35,841 nucleotides of DNA from a virus. Lineage: Duplodnaviria; Caudoviricetes. Each line of letters opens with the position of its first letter. Within the stretch, counting starts at the first letter, position 1. The stretch covers positions 1 through 35,841 of IMG/VR virus record IMGVR_UViG_3300017913_001966, one strand, 5' to 3'. The notes beneath the pieces were generated by a model. It was given only the letters and a program-made list of their open reading frames with translations, was not told the DNA's origin and made no database searches. Both the position numbers and the translations under genes were made by a program. Positions 18,694-27,378 of this stretch are shown piece after piece.

Positions 18694-19753
18694 CAAACTC
18701 CGTACCACATTTTTGTGCACAAACACCCAGTTTGCCTTCTTTGATACTATTTATTTTCCAGCTTTGCTCAATGCTTTCCAGTATTCCGCTGTAAAAAATA
18801 GCTTCAACTCCGCCGTTGCGACAATCAATTGCTTCTTTGCCACCTACGCTGTCGATATGATCCCAAATCTGTTCTACCTTAGGATCCTTGTGCCACCATT
18901 TGTACATACGCCCAGCAGTCCAACAGCAGGGCAACAACAAGCCTTCTGCTGTGATGTATATTTCGCTTTTGTCAATGGCTTTGCAACGAATGTCGCACTT
19001 GTTGTAGTACTCCATCATGCTGCCGTATGTCTTTTCAATTTCTTTTTCTTTGAGCAGTGCAGTGTTTTGATATTCAGCTCGCTTGGGTTTGGCTAGATTT
19101 GTTGTGGTTTCACCTTTGCGATTTACTGCTTGGTGTTGTTCTTTGCCTTTGTTTTTTGCACTGCTGAAGAAGCGCCCTGTTTTCTTTGCACGAAACTTTT
19201 CAAATCCCCACACACTTGCCAGTGCTTCTGCATCTTCGACTTGATGTTCGTTGTAATCAAATATGATGTAGTCCCATCTTGCTCTACCACCAGCGGCAAT
19301 AAATGCTGTGAAACTGCGTTCTACAATATCCCATCGTACATTTTGTCTATACAGATGATTTGTATCTTCAAGTCCGTCCAAGCTGAAAATAACTGCACCC
19401 ATACGACCAAACACACCTGCCAATTCTGCCCACCATTCTGGTTCTTTGGCTCCTGCGTTTGTGTTCATGCTGAGCCACATCTTAGGATTGTGTTGTCTAA
19501 AGTAACGGAATATTTCCAATGTGTCACGTGCAACAATAGGATCACCTAAGTTACCACACATGTACATGCTATCCAATTGTGCAATAAATTCAGGTGAAAA
19601 AATCTGCTTGCAGTCTTCTAGTGAAAGTTCTGCATTGGTCATGTGCACATTGTCACGACCGCCGTTTTCGTTACGGTCGCACATGGGACATGCTGCTTGA
19701 CAGCGTTGTGTCACTTCCAAGTGCACCATTTTGATATCTGGTAAATTATACAT
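18668..19753 (-). CDS. Radical SAM protein (CGxxGDP subtype) with C-terminal SPASM/twitch domain
   Basis: HLEVTQRCQAACPMC, MCGNLGDP and FSLDG. C-terminal RCKA...LPCCW...CAQKC. Confidence 0.9.
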   Translation of the reverse strand: MYNLPDIKMVHLEVTQRCQAACPMCDRNENGGRDNVHMTNAELSLEDCKQIFSPEFIAQLDSMYMCGNLGDPIVARDTLEIFRYFRQHNPKMWLSMNTNAGAKEPEWWAELAGVFGRMGAVIFSLDGLEDTNHLYRQNVRWDIVERSFTAFIAAGGRARWDYIIFDYNEHQVEDAEALASVWGFEKFRAKKTGRFFSSAKNKGKEQHQAVNRKGETTTNLAKPKRAEYQNTALLKEKEIEKTYGSMMEYYNKCDIRCKAIDKSEIYITAEGLLLPCCWTAGRMYKWWHKDPKVEQIWDHIDSVGGKEAIDCRNGGVEAIFYSGILESIEQSWKINSIKEGKLGVCAQKCGTEFDAFGAQFT

Positions 19754-19759
19754 TGTTAT

Positions 19760-19788
19760 ACTATACTTGATTTATACCGAGTTGTCAA
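19760..19788 (-). promoter_or_regulatory. Sigma70-type promoter, probably giving a leaderless mRNA
   Basis: TTGACA (19788-19783), 17 nt spacer, TATAGT (19765-19760). ATG 19753 follows after only 6 nt. Confidence 0.7.
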
Positions 19789-20022
19789 CTACACATACAT
19801 CCAAAACAGTATGGGCACAATAATAAAGAACTGTGGTAAAAAATTCAACAGTATTGCTTTTTCATTCCAACGATATCCTACATAAACCCAACCGCTGGCT
19901 CCCAACAGTTGTGCTACACTGTTCCAAGGTGTAATGCCCTGTGTGTGCAATACCATTGCAATCAATATTGTTATTGCACTGGCATACTTTACATACCAAA
20001 CGTGATCTCTCTTCAAAACCAT
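19789..20022 (-). CDS. Small membrane protein (DUF6552-like)
   Basis: 77 aa with 3 hydrophobic segments and the pattern WYVKY...TPWN...GWVYVGYRWNEKAILL. Confidence 0.65.
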   Translation of the reverse strand: MVLKRDHVWYVKYASAITILIAMVLHTQGITPWNSVAQLLGASGWVYVGYRWNEKAILLNFLPQFFIIVPILFWMYV

Positions 20023-21140
20023 AATTTCCCTTCGTAGTATATTTCTCTTCCATCCAAGTAGTCAAACAAATCAGGGTTCTGATTTTCCAACTCGCCTAGT
20101 TTGCCAAACATGCGATCCATCCATCGCATGGCAGCCATAAATTTTCTAAAACCTTCTGGTCTGTATTCTTTGCCGTACAGCTCTCGAATACCATATTTTT
20201 CCATAAGCGGTGTGGGTATGCAATCCACTGTAAGATAGTCTGGACTATGCACTGTGGTATACCCAAAGTTTGGAAAGCGATCATCAAACCATTGCCGGTC
20301 ATATAGAAACTTGTGTGCATTTGCAGCCTGCCAACAGTATGCTATACCAAAATTTGAATCTCCATGTTCTATACACCGATTTTTCAAATCTTCAGCAATG
20401 CTCACAGTGGTATCAAAATCTGCTTCATGTCTTATGTAATTGTAATTGTCATGTGTGCCATCCATACTAACAGTGATATTGATTTTGCCAAAGTATTTGA
20501 GTACATCTGCCCATGTGTCTTTCCAAGGAATACTGGCATTTGTTATCACTTGCAGTTTGACATTTTTACTGTATCCTCGGTCCATCAACTGTTGTACAAG
20601 ATCCATTGCACGGTAGCTCTGTGTAGGCTCTCCGCCACTGAGTACTAATTTTCTTAGATTTGGATTTACCACATGTTCATTTACAATCGCTGTTGTATGA
20701 TCGTCGTGCATGTGTACACTGGCTCCGCTTCCTGTAAACTGTTTTGCAAGTATAGCAGGCGAATGATGTTTTATATAGTGTCCCCATCTTGAGCTTGGAC
20801 CAGGTCCGCACATACGACAGGCCAAGTTGCACACATTGGCTGTGTTGATAATAGCATGCCAAATACTGATATCAGATTCATCTGTGTATTTGGTTATCAT
20901 ATTGCCTTCTTTGCGCAAACTGAATGTGCCGTCTGTCTCTTCTCTGTATTGACAGCCGCTACAACCCAACGGCCATTCAGTTTTGCTCTGTTCATACACT
21001 GTTAGAGCATGAGATTTGAACGAATCATAATCGGTAAATGTGGGTCTATCTATACCATCTACAGTCATTTCGCAGCAATAATCAATGTTGCCTTGTACAT
21101 CAACATGTATTCCATTTTTGATTATATTGCATTTACTCAT
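20013..21140 (-). CDS. Radical SAM protein with N-terminal twitch/SPASM-like Cys domain
   Basis: KCNII...DYCC...CSGC, then ANVCNLACRMC, LSGGEPT, ITNA and SMDG. Confidence 0.9.
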   Translation of the reverse strand: MSKCNIIKNGIHVDVQGNIDYCCEMTVDGIDRPTFTDYDSFKSHALTVYEQSKTEWPLGCSGCQYREETDGTFSLRKEGNMITKYTDESDISIWHAIINTANVCNLACRMCGPGPSSRWGHYIKHHSPAILAKQFTGSGASVHMHDDHTTAIVNEHVVNPNLRKLVLSGGEPTQSYRAMDLVQQLMDRGYSKNVKLQVITNASIPWKDTWADVLKYFGKINITVSMDGTHDNYNYIRHEADFDTTVSIAEDLKNRCIEHGDSNFGIAYCWQAANAHKFLYDRQWFDDRFPNFGYTTVHSPDYLTVDCIPTPLMEKYGIRELYGKEYRPEGFRKFMAAMRWMDRMFGKLGELENQNPDLFDYLDGREIYYEGKLWF

Positions 21141-22564
21141 TATTCTTCGTCTAGTATACGTGCCATTTCTGGGAATATTTTTCTAAAGTCCAATCCACGT
21201 GTACGGTCAATGGTGTTGATGTATTCTCTAAACTGTGGTAAGCGTCTACTCCAGTCTTCGCTTTTCATAAACGATATCATGCCTTTCATACGATCAATGC
21301 CGTGACTTGCTGACATAAAGTCTTGTTTGCTTACTTTACCCTTGTACCAACTTGGTATACCCAATTCCCAATTTTCTTCCCACCAAGTGTAAAATTCTTC
21401 GTACTTGGCTTCGGTTTCTGCTTTGAACCATTCGGGCAACACTTTCACATTCAATGGCGCAGGCCAATACACAAAGTGTGTGTTTACACCGCCTCCGCTG
21501 AATGGCCACATGTTGATTTTGTCAAATCCTTGTTGCAATTTCCATTTGAAGAAATCTGGTAGATAGTGTATGTTCAATGCATTCACTGCACAAGCCAATG
21601 TGACTTCTACATTGTTTGTGGTTTCGTTGTTGAGTTTCCACAGTTGTCTTACCTGATGATTCCAATCACTTGGGTAACGAATGTATTCGTTCATTGCACC
21701 AATGCTGTCTAAACTGTAATGAAAACGCACCAGCTTGAAATGACTCCACAGCTCAAACAGATCATCTCGCCATTCTACTGCGTTGCTGTTGTATCGCAGT
21801 TCCATGTTAGGCGCATGTCCTTGTTCAATGATCTTTTCAAGAATAGTATAGTGTTCGTCAATCACTGTGCTTTCGCCGCCAGCAAAATACAATTGCAACA
21901 TATTGGGAATCTGTTTCCAAAACTGTTCCCAGAAGTCAGGATTGTCTTTGTGCCAGTTGTAGCTTGCTCCGTAGTTTTTGCCTTTGTTTTCCCATTGCCA
22001 AATTTCTTTGAGTTCTGGATCTTTCAGCTGCGGATACATTTCTTTCCATTCTTTGACCCAACCGCTGCTGTCGTGTGGTGAACACATAACACAAGCCAAT
22101 TGACATTTTGTTCCCATGCGCAAATCGATATACTGAATCTTTGTAGGAATACTGCCGTCGTCTTCGGTTTCTGCTAACAGTTGATCAATATCCATGCGTT
22201 TACTCCAATAGTTTGTTTCCCATTGTCGTTTGCTTGCATGTCCTGCATCTTCTTCTTTGTAGCATTTGATACAGCTAGGAGGCCGCTCGCCCTTCATCAT
22301 CATTTGGCGTGTGCCACGCATATAGCTGTTGTTCCAACTGCTTTCCAAATCACTATTGTTTAGGTTAGCAGGCATGCCATCTTCTGTGCGTAATTCGCCT
22401 ACTTTGCCGCCGTGTTGTTTGTCATTGGTTGCTCCTACACTGCTGGCATTTGCAGTACAGCAAACACGCATAGCACCGTCTGGACGTGTGCTCAAATGTA
22501 TCCATGGCAGCACACAGAATGTATCACTGGGCGGTGTGAATCTACCGCCATAGTCTTTTTTCAT
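21140..22564 (-). CDS. Radical SAM protein with N-terminal twitch/SPASM-like Cys domain
   Basis: FCVLPW...RVCC...CIKC, then DLRMGTKCQLACVMC, FAGGES and YIRYP. Confidence 0.92.
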   Translation of the reverse strand: MKKDYGGRFTPPSDTFCVLPWIHLSTRPDGAMRVCCTANASSVGATNDKQHGGKVGELRTEDGMPANLNNSDLESSWNNSYMRGTRQMMMKGERPPSCIKCYKEEDAGHASKRQWETNYWSKRMDIDQLLAETEDDGSIPTKIQYIDLRMGTKCQLACVMCSPHDSSGWVKEWKEMYPQLKDPELKEIWQWENKGKNYGASYNWHKDNPDFWEQFWKQIPNMLQLYFAGGESTVIDEHYTILEKIIEQGHAPNMELRYNSNAVEWRDDLFELWSHFKLVRFHYSLDSIGAMNEYIRYPSDWNHQVRQLWKLNNETTNNVEVTLACAVNALNIHYLPDFFKWKLQQGFDKINMWPFSGGGVNTHFVYWPAPLNVKVLPEWFKAETEAKYEEFYTWWEENWELGIPSWYKGKVSKQDFMSASHGIDRMKGMISFMKSEDWSRRLPQFREYINTIDRTRGLDFRKIFPEMARILDEE

Positions 22565-22890
22565 TATTCTTCCTCGTCTGTGTTATATTTTACAATGTCA
22601 AAGTCGCTGCCTACAGTGCAGTTTTCTTTGCACATTTTGGGACAACCATCGCTGTCCCAATTTATTGGCTGCCAATATTTGCTGAATGCATCGTGCTGTA
22701 GTATTTTGAACAATGGATGGTGATTTAGACTGTTCCAATCATCAGGCAAATTATCAATGTATTCGTCGCCAGTTTTACCAGTTGTTCCAACCTTGGATGC
22801 ATAGTAACAACAAGGCCAAACTCTACCACGGTCGTCCCATTTGATTTCGTTTGACTCTAGTGCAATACAGTGTATGGTTTTACAGTGCAT
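22564..22890 (-). CDS. Stand-alone SPASM/twitch-like Fe-S binding protein
   Basis: 108 aa, HCIA...GRVWPCCY...MCKENC, matching the C-terminal domain of 18668..19753. It has its own AGGAG SD. Confidence 0.8.
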   Translation of the reverse strand: MHCKTIHCIALESNEIKWDDRGRVWPCCYYASKVGTTGKTGDEYIDNLPDDWNSLNHHPLFKILQHDAFSKYWQPINWDSDGCPKMCKENCTVGSDFDIVKYNTDEEE

Positions 22891-24400
22891 TCAATAACTC
22901 CTGTGCATTTTTTCTGTTCTCTTCAGAGATCAATCCATATTCTCTGTTTTGAAATTTGAAGTCCATTTCAATATCGTATTCGTGTGCAATCCGTGCTGCT
23001 TCGGGTATTTGATGCCAGTTCCAATCAAATATCAAATAATCCCATCCGCAGCCAATGGTTTCTCTTCCACGTATGGCTTCTGCAAATGCAATCATGTTGG
23101 ACATAGCACGATCAAAGTTTACACGTTTTCTATACAAACTGTTTATTTCTTCAGTGGTACCGTCGATGCTGAATACCACTTCTGCTCTTTGTAATACTTC
23201 GGGTAAAGCTCGCCACCACTCTGCACTGCGCAATCCGCCGTTGGTGTGCAACAGCAATTTGTTTTGTTGTCGTTGTTGTATGAATGTAATAATTTCTTTG
23301 ATTCTTGGATGCATCATTGGATCGCCGAACTCTCCGCACAGTTTTATAGTTGTCATCCAACCTCTAGGAATGTTTGTACTCAACCATTTGCGAATTGTAT
23401 CATATGATGTGTGGTCCATACCCAATGTATTCCAAACTTTGTATGGGTAATCTTTGAAAGGTTTAGTTGGATCTTCTAACCATATATCTAATAACCCACT
23501 AGTCATCTCCCATCTACTACAACTTGGACAACCTGCTTGACATTGATTTGTAATATAGAGATCAATTATTCTTAGTTGATCTCTCCAACTGAGTTGTCCT
23601 GCTGGGTTGGTCAACAATTTGAAATTGTCTACTTTTGGTTTTACTGGCTTTATATCTTCGATGATTCCATCTTTGTGTTTGTGTATTATTTCCTTAGCCT
23701 TGTCGTGTTGTTGATCTGTAAGCTGTCCGTATTTTCTATTTTGAAATTTTGCATTCAATTGAATACTGTATTTGTCTGCAATACGCAATGCTTGTGGTAA
23801 TTCTTCCCAGTTCCAACTGAATATAAGATAATCCCACTCTACTTTTCTATCATCTAGCTGTGCAACTGCAATCATATTTTCCATAGCACGATCAAAGTTT
23901 ACACGTTTTCTGTACTTGAGGTTCGTTTCTGCTGTTGCGCCATCTATACTGAATGTGATTTGACCCAGTCGAATAGTTTCTGTAAGTTTCTGCCACCAGT
24001 GTTTGTTTCTAAGTCCACCGTTTGTAACAATGTGTACAAAATTTCTTCTGCGCTGTATAACCTGTACCAATTCCATCAAATGGGGATGCATTGCAGGGTC
24101 ACCAAACTCGCCGCATAGTTTTACAGTATGCTTAGTACCACTCGGTACGTTGTCTTCAATCCATTGCTTTAGTTTTTCAAAAGGCACATGATCCATGCTA
24201 AGATGCTTGTGCACCTCATAGAGTCCTTTTTGATCAAACCATTCATATGGCTGTCCGCTGTTGCAAACAAACTCGCCCAAGTTGTCTTGCACAAATCTGC
24301 CGCAACTTGGACAACCTGCTTGACACTGATTTGTGATGTACAAATCATACTTGCGAATCTGTTGATTCCAGTCAATCGATGTAGATTTCTCTGTCTGCAT
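22880..24400 (-). CDS. Tandem double radical SAM domain protein (CGxxGDP subtype)
   Basis: DLYITNQCQAGCPSC, KLCGEFGDP, TNGGLR, FSIDG, YRKRVNFDRAM and WDYLIF each occur twice. Confidence 0.9.
   Translation of the reverse strand: MQTEKSTSIDWNQQIRKYDLYITNQCQAGCPSCGRFVQDNLGEFVCNSGQPYEWFDQKGLYEVHKHLSMDHVPFEKLKQWIEDNVPSGTKHTVKLCGEFGDPAMHPHLMELVQVIQRRRNFVHIVTNGGLRNKHWWQKLTETIRLGQITFSIDGATAETNLKYRKRVNFDRAMENMIAVAQLDDRKVEWDYLIFSWNWEELPQALRIADKYSIQLNAKFQNRKYGQLTDQQHDKAKEIIHKHKDGIIEDIKPVKPKVDNFKLLTNPAGQLSWRDQLRIIDLYITNQCQAGCPSCSRWEMTSGLLDIWLEDPTKPFKDYPYKVWNTLGMDHTSYDTIRKWLSTNIPRGWMTTIKLCGEFGDPMMHPRIKEIITFIQQRQQNKLLLHTNGGLRSAEWWRALPEVLQRAEVVFSIDGTTEEINSLYRKRVNFDRAMSNMIAFAEAIRGRETIGCGWDYLIFDWNWHQIPEAARIAHEYDIEMDFKFQNREYGLISEENRKNAQELLNAL
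23102..23911. repeat. Internal duplication within the double radical SAM gene
   Basis: The exact 30-mer catagcacgatcaaagtttacacgttttct occurs at 23102-23131 and 23882-23911. caacttggacaacctgcttgaca occurs at 23520-23542 and 24303-24325. Confidence 0.85.
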
Positions 24401-25109
24401 GTCCTGTATTGATAACTTTCAGTGTTTGTTCAGTTACATCTCCGGTGAGCTGTAGTGCCGGACGTTTGCGCCAACTGCCGTTCCATGTAGCATGCGGAAG
24501 CGTACTCCATTCCCATGTTACAATTTCTCCAGCACGCCAGTGTGTATGATAGTAGGTGCCAAACATGAACAGTTGTCCTGGCTCCCAGTCTTCTAAGAAA
24601 ACAAGAAATCTTGCTTTGCCGATATTGTGTTTGAAGTCTGGATTGTCTACCACACGCTCCTTGCTAGGATTGCCTGGCAAGTTGTCAATGTGATTTGGCA
24701 ACTGATCACTTACCAGCTGATCGTGAAACTTCCATGTACGTTTGTCGCCCAGTCCAAAGTATTCTGCCATTTTTACAAATGTTGGCAAAGTGTCTCTGTC
24801 GTCTTTGCTGTAGCCTCTTTTGTGAAACATCGGAATGCTCGGATCGCCGCCCTGCTCCAGCATGGGTGCATCTTCTTTGGCGTGATACACTCCGTCTACT
24901 GTGCTGGCTTTATTGGCTGCATGTCCGTAGCCTTGTCTGTTGTATGGCGCAGGCTCTACTCCCATGCCTCTAGCAGTATCGATATCTTTTTTCCAATTAC
25001 CTACAAACCGTCCTACGGTTTTCATGTATTGGCCATATTCATCTTTGCGCCATTTGTCAAAGTGCCACACTGGGAATGGGCGCATTTCTTCAGTCACGTT
25101 TATGTTCAT
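24372..25109 (-). CDS. Fe(II)/2OG oxygenase-like (cupin/DSBH fold) protein
   Basis: NHID (HxD)...RFLVFLEDWEPG...WRAGE...PHATWN...RPALQLTG. Probable start ATG 25109; the ORF extends to 25220. Confidence 0.7.
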   Translation of the reverse strand: MNINVTEEMRPFPVWHFDKWRKDEYGQYMKTVGRFVGNWKKDIDTARGMGVEPAPYNRQGYGHAANKASTVDGVYHAKEDAPMLEQGGDPSIPMFHKRGYSKDDRDTLPTFVKMAEYFGLGDKRTWKFHDQLVSDQLPNHIDNLPGNPSKERVVDNPDFKHNIGKARFLVFLEDWEPGQLFMFGTYYHTHWRAGEIVTWEWSTLPHATWNGSWRKRPALQLTGDVTEQTLKVINTGHADREIYID

Positions 25110-25758
25110 ATATTGGAATCCTTGTGTAAGCAACATATAGGTCTCCCCATCTGTTCTTGCTATAATACTTATCAGGATCAAATCCTGGGAAATCTTTGAA
25201 TGCGTGTACACTGTCTCCACATCGCCACGTCAAACCTTTGCGCATTGCAAAGTCCAGCATGTACGCATTTTCATATCTAATGCAGTTGTGCATGTAATCA
25301 TAGTTTCGGTAACCAGGTCTGTAATCTGGCCAATGATCTTCTGTGAAGTCCATTACTTCGCACCACCATGCAAAACTTTTTTGACTTTCTCTGTATACCA
25401 AAAACAATTCGTCGTTTGGAAAGTTTTCCCAAATGTAATCCAAATTGTAGTGTCTGTTGAGATAATGATTTTTGATAACACGTCTACCTTCTCCGTGGAA
25501 CACGCTATCAATGTCCAGTTGAATTCTTTCTTTGCCCAACTTGGTAAGCTCTTGCCAGTGTTCGCCGCAACCCATGCCGGGTCCCCAATATGCACCACTG
25601 TGTCCATTCATTGGGTTGTGCGGATCTGCGTTTTTGTGATAAAATTTTCTGTCAGGCGTTTCGTCTGTTTTATCGATATCATCGCATGCATTTACTAGCA
25701 GTTTGTGCACGCCACTCCATCTACTGCCCGGTACACCAGTAAACCAAATGTTTTTCAT
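25090..25758 (-). CDS. Hypothetical protein with a P-loop/sulfotransferase-like N-terminus
   Basis: 222 aa. IWFTGVPGSRWSGV, VIKNH and FLVYR fit the sulfotransferase-fold layout. Confidence 0.6.
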   Translation of the reverse strand: MKNIWFTGVPGSRWSGVHKLLVNACDDIDKTDETPDRKFYHKNADPHNPMNGHSGAYWGPGMGCGEHWQELTKLGKERIQLDIDSVFHGEGRRVIKNHYLNRHYNLDYIWENFPNDELFLVYRESQKSFAWWCEVMDFTEDHWPDYRPGYRNYDYMHNCIRYENAYMLDFAMRKGLTWRCGDSVHAFKDFPGFDPDKYYSKNRWGDLYVAYTRIPIYEHKRD

Positions 25759-25770
25759 GTTGTATCCTAT

Positions 25771-25800
25771 AAAAAGCGGGACTGCTGTAGCAGCAGCCCC
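25771..25800 (-). terminator. Rho-independent terminator after tctA
   Basis: Minus strand GGGGCTGCTG-CTA-CAGCAGTCCC (10 bp stem with one G-U pair), followed by GCTTTTT. Confidence 0.75.
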
Positions 25801-25806
25801 TGTTGA

Positions 25807-27375
25807 TTATGCATAATCCATTTGTCTTGATTTGTTGAAGAATCCATACAAGACCAGTAACACTGCAATTACCATACAAATTGGCAACAGCGGGTGTTGT
25901 ACCCACAATGGGTTATTCAGTATGTAGTATTCACTTAGCATACTTGTATCTCCTTTTTCCCACCATAGTGCGATTGCATCAAAGTCATCCCAAAAGAAGA
26001 TGCCTGTTAGTTGCAGATACCCTTCTTCAATGCGAGGGAAAAGGATGTAGCTCATAAGCAGTGCAGGTCGACTGAACTTCCAGTTTTTACAAATCAAACC
26101 AATGACTCCAAAAACCAGCAGCATGCTGATATCTTCCCATACAGTGTTGTAATATCTACTTGCTAACACTGCCCATACTGTCAAACCTAGCATTGGAGGA
26201 ATCCAAATCAACGGATTGATGTAAACAATTTTGCTGCACTGTCTTGCAAAAATCAGCATTAGAATGCCAGCTGCAAGAGTACCAACCATATAACCACCCA
26301 GTAGGTGTGTCATAAATTGTGTATCACGCATGATTGCACTGCTGCCTACTTCAAAGCCTACGTACAACCACAAAGCCATCAATAGAGCAAACACTTTACC
26401 ACCAGGTATACCAAACATAATAGTTGGCAGCAAGCCGCCCATTTTGCCAGCATTATTAGCACCTTCTGGTCCAATGACTCCTTTGATGTTGCCAGTACCA
26501 AATTTTACTTTTTCGTTTTTGTTCAGTGCAACTGTTGCACTGTAGCTGCTCCAGTCGCCGATACCACCACCTGTGCCAGGAAGGATACCAACAACAAAAC
26601 CAATGGCACCACCCATAAGTGCAAGCCATTTGTTTTTCCACACTGCCAACATTCCATCCCAGGTTTGTTGATTGTGTTCTTTGCGTGAAATTTTAGCTAC
26701 TTCATATTTGGTTATATAGGCTTCCCATAGTTCTGGTATAGCAAACAAACCCGCTGCAACAATAACAACTGGTACACCGTCTTCTAAATATGCCCAGCCA
26801 AATGTGTGACGAGTTTCGCCCATCATACCATAACCAATGGATCCGATAAACATACCAATGGCAATAGCAACAAGACTTCTACCTGTATTTCTGGTTGTAA
26901 CCACACTAATTAGTGCAAATGCTACAATAATAAGTGCAAAGATTTCTGGAATGCCCACATAATCACTGATAGTTCCGTAGAATGGAATAATAGCAATACC
27001 CAATGCACCATAAAGCAATCCATTGATTGTACTGACTGTGATAGCACTGCTCAATGCATAGCTTGCCTTGCCTTGTTTTGCCAACGGAAATCCATCAACC
27101 ATTGTCGATGCTGCTCCACTTGCTCCGGGTATACCCAATAGCACACTTGCAAAACTATCGCCAATTGTACAACTGACCATTGTTGCAACACTGAACAGCA
27201 CAAACAAATAATCGCCACCTGCAAAGTCGAAACTTTGTACAATGACGAATAACATGATGATTGCTTTACCAGGACCTGCGCTAGGAATTAGTCCAATAAG
27301 TCCGCCGTAAACGATGCCGGCAGCGAGCATGATTGCCCACTGCGCGGCTAGCGGATACTGTAGTATCCATTCCAT
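25807..27375 (-). CDS. tctA: Tripartite tricarboxylate transporter large permease (TctA family)
   Basis: 522 aa, highly hydrophobic. Carries GLIP, LLGIPG, DGFPLAKQG and GPEGANNA...PTIMFGIPG signatures. Confidence 0.9.
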   Translation of the reverse strand: MEWILQYPLAAQWAIMLAAGIVYGGLIGLIPSAGPGKAIIMLFVIVQSFDFAGGDYLFVLFSVATMVSCTIGDSFASVLLGIPGASGAASTMVDGFPLAKQGKASYALSSAITVSTINGLLYGALGIAIIPFYGTISDYVGIPEIFALIIVAFALISVVTTRNTGRSLVAIAIGMFIGSIGYGMMGETRHTFGWAYLEDGVPVVIVAAGLFAIPELWEAYITKYEVAKISRKEHNQQTWDGMLAVWKNKWLALMGGAIGFVVGILPGTGGGIGDWSSYSATVALNKNEKVKFGTGNIKGVIGPEGANNAGKMGGLLPTIMFGIPGGKVFALLMALWLYVGFEVGSSAIMRDTQFMTHLLGGYMVGTLAAGILMLIFARQCSKIVYINPLIWIPPMLGLTVWAVLASRYYNTVWEDISMLLVFGVIGLICKNWKFSRPALLMSYILFPRIEEGYLQLTGIFFWDDFDAIALWWEKGDTSMLSEYYILNNPLWVQHPLLPICMVIAVLLVLYGFFNKSRQMDYA

Positions 27376-27378
27376 TGT

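Noticed and set aside
22880-22900. Programmed frameshift fusing the double radical SAM protein to the SPASM ORF
   Set aside because: There is no obvious slippery heptamer at the junction, and the downstream ORF has its own SD and ATG.
1-24400. Assigning radical SAM genes to QueE, NrdG, MoaA, PqqE or viperin
   Set aside because: The partner genes (queC/queD/folE, nrdD, moaC, pqq) are absent from the window and the domain layouts do not fit.
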